From assembly GCA_011369445.1 (NCBI GenBank), contig DRQF01000028.1, positions 2,061 to 66,060 on the forward strand: a stretch of DNA of 64,000 nucleotides. The letters are read 5' to 3'. Position numbers and translations under genes: made by a program. Position 1 is the first letter of the stretch, and each line of letters begins with the position of its first letter. The notes under the pieces are model-generated. The model had not been told where the DNA came from, searched no databases, and saw only the letters and a program-made list of their open reading frames with translations. Origin of the DNA: Planctomycetota bacterium. Lineage in GTDB: Bacteria; Planctomycetota; GCA-002687715; DRQF01. Below are positions 17,196-27,048 of this stretch, piece after piece.

Positions 17196-18487
17196 GTCTC
17201 GCCGGCGACGGCGGACTCCTCGGAGAGGACGCGCGCCAACTCGTCGGAGCCCTCGCGGATCAAGGGCGCCAGTCGCTGGATGTCCACGTTGGGGTAGTGG
17301 CCATTGCGGTACACGACGTCTCCGTCGACGAGGACTTCGCGGATGTCCGTCTCGTTCATTCCGAAGAGGATGTGGGAAGCGAGATTGTCGTCATGGAGGC
17401 TCGCTCTGGGGTAGTAGTCCATGATGATCAGGTCCGCGACGGCGTCGCGGCGGGTCGATCCCAACTCGATTCCCAGCCGTTCGGAAGCCAGCTGGTGCCC
17501 GCTCACGATCATCTCGATGATGTCCTCCGGTCTGGCAGCGGCATGGCGGGCACGGGCGGCCAGCCAGGCGGCCCTCGCCTCCCCGAACATGTTGCTAGCC
17601 GAGGAATCACTTCCGAGGACCACGCGCTCGCCCAGGACCTCGAACGGCAACGAGGGGAAGCCATGCCGCGCGGAGGACGTGGGGCAGTAGGCGAGCCAAG
17701 CGCCCTTCTCGCGGATGATCGCCAATTCCGCCTCGCTACGTCGTGCTCCGTGGACCAGCACGGTCCCGCCGTCCAGAAGTCCGTGTTCGTCGAGAACTTC
17801 GATGGCGGACTTCCCGAAGCGTTCCCTGATGAGCTCGTCCTCTTCCTCCGAAACGTCGACCGTCAATGCGAGCCCGAACCGGCGCGCGTCCTCCGCGAAC
17901 GCTGCGAGGTCCTCCGGGTCGAGGGCCGCCAAGCTGGCAAGCCCCATGACGCCCCGTGCGCGGTCGGAGCGGTTGTCGCGGGAGAAGGTGCGGTTTTCTT
18001 CCCGAGCCATTCCGCAGATCGCGGGGTCGTCGCCCTCGTCGTAGCCGAGGACGACCCGCGGGCCCACCGTCAAGATCGCGTCACGGACGAGATCGAGAGA
18101 CCCCTCCGCGCAAGCCGGTGACGCGGAACGGTTGAAAATGCAGGTCGTTCCGTAGCGGAGCGCTTCCAAGGCGCCGGCGAAGAGCGACGTGATCAGGGTC
18201 TCGCGGGTGAAGGCGCTTTCGATCTCCCGATACTCGAGAAGGTCCGTCGGTCCGGCGAGGGAGGCCACGAGATTCCGGAGGGGGGCATGGAGCCTGGCGT
18301 GGGTGTTGACGAATCCCGGCAGGACGAAGCGTCGCCGGCAGTCGATGACACGGACGTCTCTCGTCGTTGGAATGCGCTCTTCCCGGCGGACGATATGACC
18401 ATCCACCACAAGAAGATCCTTCTGCTCGAGCCGCAAGGGCTCGAGGCTGACGAGGACTCCGCCGCGAAGAAGCACTTTCTCGTTCAT
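17192..18487 (-). CDS. amidohydrolase family protein (chlorohydrolase/deaminase-like, divergent metal motifs)
   Basis: The overall layout is amidohydrolase_1-like: LLVVDGHIV...PGFVNTHARLH, VLVHGA, YCPTSS, LGSDSS. The canonical HxH reads H-A-R. Confidence 0.7.
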   Translation of the reverse strand: MNEKVLLRGGVLVSLEPLRLEQKDLLVVDGHIVRREERIPTTRDVRVIDCRRRFVLPGFVNTHARLHAPLRNLVASLAGPTDLLEYREIESAFTRETLITSLFAGALEALRYGTTCIFNRSASPACAEGSLDLVRDAILTVGPRVVLGYDEGDDPAICGMAREENRTFSRDNRSDRARGVMGLASLAALDPEDLAAFAEDARRFGLALTVDVSEEEDELIRERFGKSAIEVLDEHGLLDGGTVLVHGARRSEAELAIIREKGAWLAYCPTSSARHGFPSLPFEVLGERVVLGSDSSASNMFGEARAAWLAARARHAAARPEDIIEMIVSGHQLASERLGIELGSTRRDAVADLIIMDYYPRASLHDDNLASHILFGMNETDIREVLVDGDVVYRNGHYPNVDIQRLAPLIREGSDELARVLSEESAVAGET

Positions 18488-18545
18488 GAATCTGCTCGGT
18501 TCTTGGAAAATGGAGTTTGCGAGAAGACCCCCTCGGGGGCAAGTC

Positions 18546-19325
18546 TCACAGCGCCCCCACGGGGAGGATGAGCCCCTCGGGCACTCCTGGAAAGTTCTTT
18601 TCCACGAATTCGTCCATGGATCGCCGAGTTTCGACGGACAGGAGCTTCTCCAGAGCTTCTTGACACCGGTGGCAGACGACGTGGCCCGGGCCGATCATGG
18701 AGGTGTAGCGCGCCAAGGTGAAACGCTCGAATTCCCCCTCGGCCTCATCTTGAAGTTCGCCGCAGAAGCTGCACCTGACGAGACCCATCGACACGATGTT
18801 CGCCCCCGAGAGGAATTCATCGATGCGCTCTCGCGACTCCTCGCTGATCTCTCTTGATGTGGACTTGGCGCACCCCATGCACATCGCGAATTCCAGGATG
18901 GTCTCCCCGGCCTTCATGACCTTTTCGATGGAATACAGAGGGGCACCGTCCTCCACGAGAGAACATCCGCATTCGATGCAGTGTTCGAATGGGCCGGAGC
19001 TGTACGCGGACCAAAACTCGGGAGGAACCTCTCGGATGAAGGGTTGGGCTTCGCCTCGAAGGCAAAGAATCCGCATCACGTCGACGGTCATGCGATCCTC
19101 GTCGGACAGGCCCGCCATGATGGGTTCCGTCTCCTCACCCTCGAACCATTCCAACAACCCCGGCGGCCAGGGCGGGCCCTCGCCAGGTGCTCCTGCGAGG
19201 TTCCCCGGGAAGCCGGCATCCTCGCGGGGGTCGATCTCGTCGCCTTCCGGCTCTTCGGGATGAGTGTTTTCGTCGTCGTCGGGCATGAGAATCTCGGGGA
19301 GGTGTCCAGGGAACTCGAGTCCCAT
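18546..19325 (-). CDS. hypothetical protein, acidic N-terminus, four CxxC pairs (putative double zinc-ribbon)
   Basis: CIEC, CMGC, CSFC and CHRC are spaced through the C-terminal 150 aa. The N-terminal 50 aa are rich in D/E/P. GC3-rich frame. Confidence 0.55.
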   Translation of the reverse strand: MGLEFPGHLPEILMPDDDENTHPEEPEGDEIDPREDAGFPGNLAGAPGEGPPWPPGLLEWFEGEETEPIMAGLSDEDRMTVDVMRILCLRGEAQPFIREVPPEFWSAYSSGPFEHCIECGCSLVEDGAPLYSIEKVMKAGETILEFAMCMGCAKSTSREISEESRERIDEFLSGANIVSMGLVRCSFCGELQDEAEGEFERFTLARYTSMIGPGHVVCHRCQEALEKLLSVETRRSMDEFVEKNFPGVPEGLILPVGAL

Positions 19326-19339
19326 TATGATGGGAGATC

Positions 19340-20920
19340 ATGGTTGACCAAAGTCGAGCATCCGCAGCCCTTTTTCTGGCGTTTCTCTGCCTCCTCGTCC
19401 GGGGGGTGTCCGCCCAGGCGGAGCCTGGATATGTCGTGGGGTGGATGGAGTTTCGCGATGATCGATCGGAGGCCCTGGGTTTGGGGCGGGTGCTCGACTT
19501 CACCCCATCTGTGACCCGTTTCCGCGTGGATCTGGACCGTCCTGAAACCTGGCGCATCGATGCTCTCGACATGCTGATCGTGGGGAGTTTCTGCGAGCGC
19601 CACCCGAACTGGTCCCGATTCGTGGGGGAGAAGAAATCGGCCGTCTTGGCCATGGTGAAGTCAGGCGGCGTCCTCGTGAGGATGGACCGTTACCGCTGGG
19701 CGGACAGGAAGAAAGGCAAGGGTGTCTATCAGCCCGATCTCCTCCCGCCCGGTTGGTGGGTGAAGCGAAGCGGGAAGGACCCGGCTCAGCTCTTCGGGAA
19801 TGATCAGGCCCACCCCGTTTGGAAACACATCACCGCCCGCGCCGCGCGTGGCGGTTGGTACCGGATCCCTCTCAATGAGGTGGGAAAACAGCACAGCTAT
19901 TTCCTCGATGCCTTCGAGGACTGGGGGCCGCCCTTGCGGATGAATTCGGGCCCGGCGAGGCGACTCCGAGGGGGGCGCGCGGCGGGATTGCACGGGCGAT
20001 TCGGCAAGGGATGGATCCTCCTTTTCCAATTGTGTCTCGACAAGTATGTGGATCTTCAGGGACGTCCCACCCGCGCCATCTCGAAACGTTTTTTCGGCAA
20101 CCTCCTTCGTTGGGGTTCCCAATCGGTAGGGCCCCGCGAAAGGAAAGCCCCCCTGGTTCCCAAGAGGCCCGACCCCAAGCCGCGGCCGGTCGATCCGCCT
20201 GTCGTGGTACCCCCGACGCCCAAGCCCGTCTTCGTGCGCCGCCCCGGCCGCCTCTGGTTGATCGCCTTGCGGGAGGGAAGCGACGTCGTCTTGAAAGGCC
20301 TGGCCACCTCGTTGCGCGACGAGTTCCGCGTGCGCGAACCCCATCACGTCCTCCTCCTCTCGGTGGGGGCCCGCTCCGTCGACCTGGAGGCAGCGAGGGA
20401 ACTCATTCGCCGGGCCGGGCGTCAGCCGTTGGAGTTTGGAGACTTCCGCGGTCGCCCCGGGCGCGATGTTCCGTTTGCGGGCGGTAGGCTTCTCCTTCTC
20501 GCCCAGGTCCGGGACCGGGATGCATCGAGACGTTGGCTCGTCGAGCAGAGTCGGGAGCCGGACGAGCGGCGCATTCTGGTTCTGGAGCGCGCTGCGGATC
20601 TCGTCGTGCTGGAAGGTCTCTCACCCGATCGTTTCGAATTCGTGGCGGCTGCGGGGGATCCGGGATCGAGACCGCGGACCGCGCGGCGGGGCCGCGTCCC
20701 CATCATCGGTGCGCGGGTGGAAGAAGGTGCGCCGTGGCTCCTCGTCCTGGATTCTGACAAGGCGACCACCACGGCGAGAGAGCTCCTCAGTCCGAGGACC
20801 GTCCCGCCGCGTGCCGTGACCCCTCCGCCGACTCCGGTTCGGCCCGATCTCCCCGCGCATCCGTTGGTTCGAGGAAGTCTGGACAAGGTGATCCAGGCCC
20901 TGAGCGGTCGCGACCGCTGA
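19340..20920 (+). CDS. hypothetical exported protein
   Basis: Signal-like AALFLAFLCLLVRGVSAQA, a central Pro/Lys-rich linker (PKRPDPKPRPVDPPVVVPPTPKP), and an Arg-rich C-terminal half. No family recognised. Confidence 0.55.
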   Translation: MVDQSRASAALFLAFLCLLVRGVSAQAEPGYVVGWMEFRDDRSEALGLGRVLDFTPSVTRFRVDLDRPETWRIDALDMLIVGSFCERHPNWSRFVGEKKSAVLAMVKSGGVLVRMDRYRWADRKKGKGVYQPDLLPPGWWVKRSGKDPAQLFGNDQAHPVWKHITARAARGGWYRIPLNEVGKQHSYFLDAFEDWGPPLRMNSGPARRLRGGRAAGLHGRFGKGWILLFQLCLDKYVDLQGRPTRAISKRFFGNLLRWGSQSVGPRERKAPLVPKRPDPKPRPVDPPVVVPPTPKPVFVRRPGRLWLIALREGSDVVLKGLATSLRDEFRVREPHHVLLLSVGARSVDLEAARELIRRAGRQPLEFGDFRGRPGRDVPFAGGRLLLLAQVRDRDASRRWLVEQSREPDERRILVLERAADLVVLEGLSPDRFEFVAAAGDPGSRPRTARRGRVPIIGARVEEGAPWLLVLDSDKATTTARELLSPRTVPPRAVTPPPTPVRPDLPAHPLVRGSLDKVIQALSGRDR

Positions 20921-21021
20921 AAGGCGTCCGCCCGGCCCGGCCTCACGCCGGCTCCTCACTTGCCGTGGTCGGGGGGCGCGCCTAAGATTCGTCGACAGTT
21001 GGAAATAGGGGAGAGACCGCT

Positions 21022-21258
21022 GTGGCCAATCGTGACGAGAAATGGGAGGACAACGTTCCGGGACCCTTCTACGTGGATAAGGAGTGCATCCTGTGCTCCC
21101 TCTGCGTCGACGTGGCTCCGAGCGTTTTCAAAGAAAGCGAAGACGGCGACCACGACGTCGTCTATCATCAGCCCGAGAACGAGGACGAACGGCAGGCCGC
21201 CCTCGACGCGATGGAACAGTGCCCGGTCAACGCGATCGGAGACGACGGAGAGGGTTAG
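21022..21258 (+). CDS. small single-cluster [4Fe-4S]/[3Fe-4S] ferredoxin
   Basis: GPFYVDKECILCSLCVDVAPSVF ... EQCPVNAI gives CxxCxxC...CP. 78 aa, GTG start with GGGGAGAG upstream. Confidence 0.75.
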   Translation: MANRDEKWEDNVPGPFYVDKECILCSLCVDVAPSVFKESEDGDHDVVYHQPENEDERQAALDAMEQCPVNAIGDDGEG

Positions 21259-21276
21259 TCCCAACGGAGGCGCCAC

Positions 21277-22203
21277 GTGGTTCTGGAATCCTGGGAGGAA
21301 CTCATCGGTGCCCGCATCGGGCCGGATGACCGATATGAGATCCTTCGACGAGTCGGCGACGGGGGCATGGGGGTTGTCTTCGAGGCGCACGAGCACCGCC
21401 GCGATCGTCGGGTCGCCATCAAGTTCCTGAGGAGCGACGGCGCCGCCGACCCGGAAACCCTCGAACGATTTCGACGTGAAGGTTCGCGCTTCAGTCGTCT
21501 CAACCATCCGAACATCGTACGTGTCTTCGGACTCGGTCGGGCGCGAGGCCTCTTCTATATCGCCAGCGAGTTCGTCGACGGCTCGGACCTCTATGACATC
21601 CTCAAAGAGAGTGGTGGTCTGCTGCCCGTGGGGCGGTCGCTCGAGATCGTGCGGGATGTCGCCCGGGCTCTCTCGACCGCCCATGCCAACGACATCATCC
21701 ATCGGGACCTCAAACCCGAAAACGTGATGATCGAGCGTGCGACGGGGACCGTGAAGATCCTCGACTTCGGCATCGCCAAGGATCTGAACGCTTCGATGGC
21801 TCTGACCGTCAAGGGAACCTACTTGGGGACACCCGCCTACAGCGCTCCCGAGCAGATTCGCGGCCAACGTCTGGACGCCCGGACCGACATCTTCTCGCTG
21901 GGTGTGATCCTCTACGAGCTCGTCACGGGAGAGCCGCCTTTCACCGGTTCGCGCGCCACCCAAGTCCTCGTCAACACCCTGAGGACGGAGCCCGTGAGCC
22001 CTCGCGCCATCAATGACGGTGTCTCGGCGCCCGTCGCCCGCCTCATCGAGGACATGATTCAGAAGAAACCGAGGAAGCGCCCCGAATCCTGCGAACTCGT
22101 CATTCAGCGCGTGGAGAAGATCATGGCGGCCATCGGTGACGGACTCTCTCCCGACGACAGCAAGGGAGTCGTCGGGTTCCTGAAGGGGTTCTTCCAGGGC
22201 TGA
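21277..22203 (+). CDS. Hanks-type serine/threonine protein kinase (soluble, kinase domain only)
   Basis: [31 protein letters not shown] and APEQ motifs. No TM segment. GTG start 18 nt after the ferredoxin stop. Confidence 0.85.
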   Translation: MVLESWEELIGARIGPDDRYEILRRVGDGGMGVVFEAHEHRRDRRVAIKFLRSDGAADPETLERFRREGSRFSRLNHPNIVRVFGLGRARGLFYIASEFVDGSDLYDILKESGGLLPVGRSLEIVRDVARALSTAHANDIIHRDLKPENVMIERATGTVKILDFGIAKDLNASMALTVKGTYLGTPAYSAPEQIRGQRLDARTDIFSLGVILYELVTGEPPFTGSRATQVLVNTLRTEPVSPRAINDGVSAPVARLIEDMIQKKPRKRPESCELVIQRVEKIMAAIGDGLSPDDSKGVVGFLKGFFQG

Positions 22204-22216
22204 TCGTCGCGGGATG

Positions 22217-22744
22217 TCAGTGGGTGCCTTGGCGGCGGGGGGCTTCCCTGCGAAAGACCTCGAGGACGAGATGGCGACTCTTGTGGGCGAGGGGAATGTC
22301 CAGGGAGGATGGGGCGAAGAGGCCACTGGGTCGGGCCTGAGGCGATGGGGTCAGCCGCAGGAGATCCCCGCTGGCCGCCCAGCTCTCCACGTCTTCCCAG
22401 AGGATGTACGTGTTCTCGGCCGTGAAGAGGACACCCTTCGACGTCAGGAGGATGTGCGAGACCCCGTAATGGTTCCGTGCGATCATGTTCTCCCAGATCT
22501 GCCACACGATCAGGATGGAAGCGGCGATCCCCAGCCCCTGGGAGATCACGAATTCCGGCCAGGAAAGAGCCAGAACGGCAAGGAGGACGGCGCCGAGAAA
22601 GAGGATCTTCTTCATGCCTTGCCAGATGGCCACGGTCATCGCCGGCAGGCTGCGGATGCGCCGTGTGATGCGAATGTCGACGTAGATGCGGGGCAGTGCG
22701 TCGTCGCGCTCGAGCTCTTCCAGTGACGCTACGTCGTCGCTCAC
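22217..22744 (-). CDS. hypothetical membrane protein
   Basis: Two predicted TM helices (ILFLGAVLLAVLALSW, LGIAASILIVWQIW) followed by a soluble tail. GTG start 4 nt after the EF-G stop, with a GGAGAC upstream. Confidence 0.5.
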   Translation of the reverse strand: MSDDVASLEELERDDALPRIYVDIRITRRIRSLPAMTVAIWQGMKKILFLGAVLLAVLALSWPEFVISQGLGIAASILIVWQIWENMIARNHYGVSHILLTSKGVLFTAENTYILWEDVESWAASGDLLRLTPSPQARPSGLFAPSSLDIPLAHKSRHLVLEVFRREAPRRQGTH

Positions 22745-22748
22745 GGCA

Positions 22749-24794
<2,046 letters not shown>

Positions 24795-24952
24795 GAAGGG
24801 CGTTCCATGTGCCGATGCGACCGGGATTTATAGAATCTCTGGGGTCGTTTTCCCATAGCAAAAAACGTTCAGGGCGATCCGTGCGTGCGAGGGAGGGCCG
24901 GTGCGGCTACGCTTGCAGCGGGCGGGGTGGGTTGCTATTTCTAACCACCCGC

Positions 24953-24997
24953 CGAGACCGGTGACGCATTGTCGTCGACCCGTCTCGCATTTTTTTT
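24953..24997 (+). terminator. intrinsic terminator/attenuator in the 5' leader of the aconitase-family gene
   Basis: Stem cgagaccggtgacg / cgtcgacccgtctcg (13 bp with one mismatch and one bulge, loop cattgt). After two spacer nt (ca), a run of 8 T (24990-24997) follows, directly abutting the GGAGGGG RBS of the ATG at 25011. Confidence 0.5.
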
Positions 24998-25010
24998 GGA
25001 GGGGCTTCCC

Positions 25011-27029
25011 ATGATTCAGAGCCTGCTCGAACGCAAGGTTCAGCGACGACCCGAGACGATCCTGGTCAACGGGCGAATCCTCTTCCTCGTCGACGATCCG
25101 GACGCGATGAGACGACAACTCGCCGGCGAAGACTTGGAATGGCCCCACGGGCTCCCCCTTCGGAACAACATCTCCACCGACGAAATCACGCCTGCTTACA
25201 TCTGCTACTACTTCGACGAGACCTTGGGCGAGTTTCCCTATCTGGGATTCCAGGCCGGTGACGAGTTCCCCGTGACGCGCGGAGCCGTCAAATCGGGGGG
25301 CTTCGAGGTCTCCGTTTCCGGACAACGCAGGGGCAAGGGCTCCAGTCGCGAGCAGAGCCCCTACGCCGAAATGCTGGCCGGGATCCGCATCATCATCGCG
25401 GAGAACATCGAGCGCATCTACAGAGAGAATTGCCACAACCTCGGCCTCCTCACGAGCACGGATTTCAGCCTGATCGACAAGATCCGCGCCCGGGAAGAGA
25501 TCCCTCTCGAGGCTTTTACGAAGGGGCTGGACCCCATTTCGAAGCAGATCGTGGAGTTCGGTGGGCTCTTCGAATTCAATGTGGCCCGCATGCAGGGGAA
25601 GGCAACGGTGCCTCCCATCACCACCGAGCAGCGCCCGATGACCATCGGCGAGAAGATCATCGCCCGGCACTTCGTGACCGATCTTTCCCTCAACCAGGTG
25701 GGGGTCCCCTATGTGAAGCCGGGCGACACGGGCTTCGTGCGCACCGACATCCGTTTCAGCCACGAATACGTCACCCCCATGGCTGCGGACTTCTTCCACA
25801 AGCTCGTCGGTCCCGACGAGAAGGTCGTCGATCGGGAGAGCATCTTCTTCTTCCGGGATCACCTGACCTTCCTCGACGAGGCCATGACCGAAGAACGTAA
25901 GAAGATGGGATTGCTCGACGTCGCGAAACAACTCGAGGTCAAACAGAGGACCTTCGCGGAGGAGCAAGGGATCACGCTTCACGGCGAGATCGAAGGCCCG
26001 AAGAAGGGCAGCGAAGCGATCTGCCACAGCAAGGTGCTGGAGTCCTATGCCGAGCCGGGCATGATCATCATCGGTAGCGACAGTCACACGCCGCACAGCG
26101 GCGCCATCGGAGCCGTCGCGTTCGGCGCCGGCACGACCGCCATTTTCAACAGCTGGGTCACGAAAGACATCCAGCTCAACGTTCCAGGCACGGTGAAGAT
26201 CGAAATCATTGGCGAAAAGGCCTCCAACGTGACCGCGAAGGACTTGATGCTCGAGATCCTTCGACAGGAATACGTCCGAACCGGCAAGGCCATCGGGAAG
26301 ATCCTCGAGTACTGCGGCCCGGTCGTGGAGGCTCTCGACATCGACGAGCGTGCGACCATGACGAACATGGCCGCCGAAGTGGGTGCCTTCACCGGTCTCG
26401 TGGCGCCCGACGAAAAGACGGTCGAATACCTGGTGAGCCGCCGAGGGATCGAGGCCCGCGCCGCGCGCGCCATGCTGAGCGGTCTCGCATCCGATGAGGA
26501 CGCGGTCTACGAGAAGGTGATCACGATTGACGCCTCGAACGTCAAGCCCATGGTGGCCCTCCCGGGGGATCCGGGGAACGGCGTGGAAATCGAGGACTTG
26601 CCCGAGGGAGTCGCCATCGACATCGCCTACGGCGGATCGTGCACGGCGGGCAAAATCGAGGACATGGACCTCTACGCCAAGGTTCTGGCCGAGGGCCGCA
26701 AGCAGGGGCGGAAGGTGGCGGAGAACGTCACCTTCTACATCCAGTTCGGGTCCCAGGACGTGAAGAGGTATTGCGAGCAGAAGGGGTACTTGCAGCTCTT
26801 CGAGGAGATGGGCGTGGAGGTCATCGAGCCGTCCTGCGGGGCTTGCATCAATGCCGGTCCGGGAGTCTCACGGAATCCGGACCAGGTGACGATCTCGGCC
26901 ATCAATCGGAATTTCCCGGGACGCTCCGGGCCGGGGAAGATGTATCTGGCCTCACCCTTGACCGTGGCGGCCAGCGCTCTGGCCGGCCGGATTACGGTCT
27001 ATGAGGAGGAGCCGGCCGCGTCGTCCTGA
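25011..27029 (+). CDS. aconitase/3-isopropylmalate dehydratase family hydro-lyase with N-terminal swivel (LeuD-like) domain
   Basis: The N-terminus has the LeuD-like NISTDEITPA and GKGSSREQSP motifs. The C-terminal region has the Fe-S ligand motifs GSDSHTP, GGSCTAGK and PSCGACIN. ATG 25011 has a GGAGG RBS. Confidence 0.8.
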   Translation: MIQSLLERKVQRRPETILVNGRILFLVDDPDAMRRQLAGEDLEWPHGLPLRNNISTDEITPAYICYYFDETLGEFPYLGFQAGDEFPVTRGAVKSGGFEVSVSGQRRGKGSSREQSPYAEMLAGIRIIIAENIERIYRENCHNLGLLTSTDFSLIDKIRAREEIPLEAFTKGLDPISKQIVEFGGLFEFNVARMQGKATVPPITTEQRPMTIGEKIIARHFVTDLSLNQVGVPYVKPGDTGFVRTDIRFSHEYVTPMAADFFHKLVGPDEKVVDRESIFFFRDHLTFLDEAMTEERKKMGLLDVAKQLEVKQRTFAEEQGITLHGEIEGPKKGSEAICHSKVLESYAEPGMIIIGSDSHTPHSGAIGAVAFGAGTTAIFNSWVTKDIQLNVPGTVKIEIIGEKASNVTAKDLMLEILRQEYVRTGKAIGKILEYCGPVVEALDIDERATMTNMAAEVGAFTGLVAPDEKTVEYLVSRRGIEARAARAMLSGLASDEDAVYEKVITIDASNVKPMVALPGDPGNGVEIEDLPEGVAIDIAYGGSCTAGKIEDMDLYAKVLAEGRKQGRKVAENVTFYIQFGSQDVKRYCEQKGYLQLFEEMGVEVIEPSCGACINAGPGVSRNPDQVTISAINRNFPGRSGPGKMYLASPLTVAASALAGRITVYEEEPAASS

Positions 27030-27048
27030 TGAGCGGCCGGGCCCGTCT

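Noticed and set aside
21022-21258. Assigning the small ferredoxin as the dedicated electron donor of the benzoyl-CoA reductase.
   Set aside because: It is about 6 kb away and separated by an unrelated opposite-strand operon. It has a single cluster motif, whereas the Thauera donor is a 2[4Fe-4S] protein. It appears co-transcribed with a kinase. A link is possible but not supported by the sequence.
20956-22326. 456-aa minus-strand ORF covering the ferredoxin and kinase genes. Similar long antisense ORFs occur elsewhere, for example 7655..9100(-), 23472..24833(+), 24828..26096(-), 29239..31086(-), 33369..35042(+), 35973..37964(-), 41550..42755(+), 43938..45056(+), 48238..49323(-), 52542..54002(+), 56202..57338(-) and 61703..62701(-).
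   Set aside because: In each case the opposite strand encodes a protein with unmistakable family motifs (kinase, EF-G, aconitase, SdhA, ArgS, TypA, TPR, AlgX-like, FHA-kinase, BamB-like, AccD). The antisense translations are Arg/Gly/Pro/Asp-rich with no motifs, which is typical of stop-codon-poor antisense frames in high-GC DNA.
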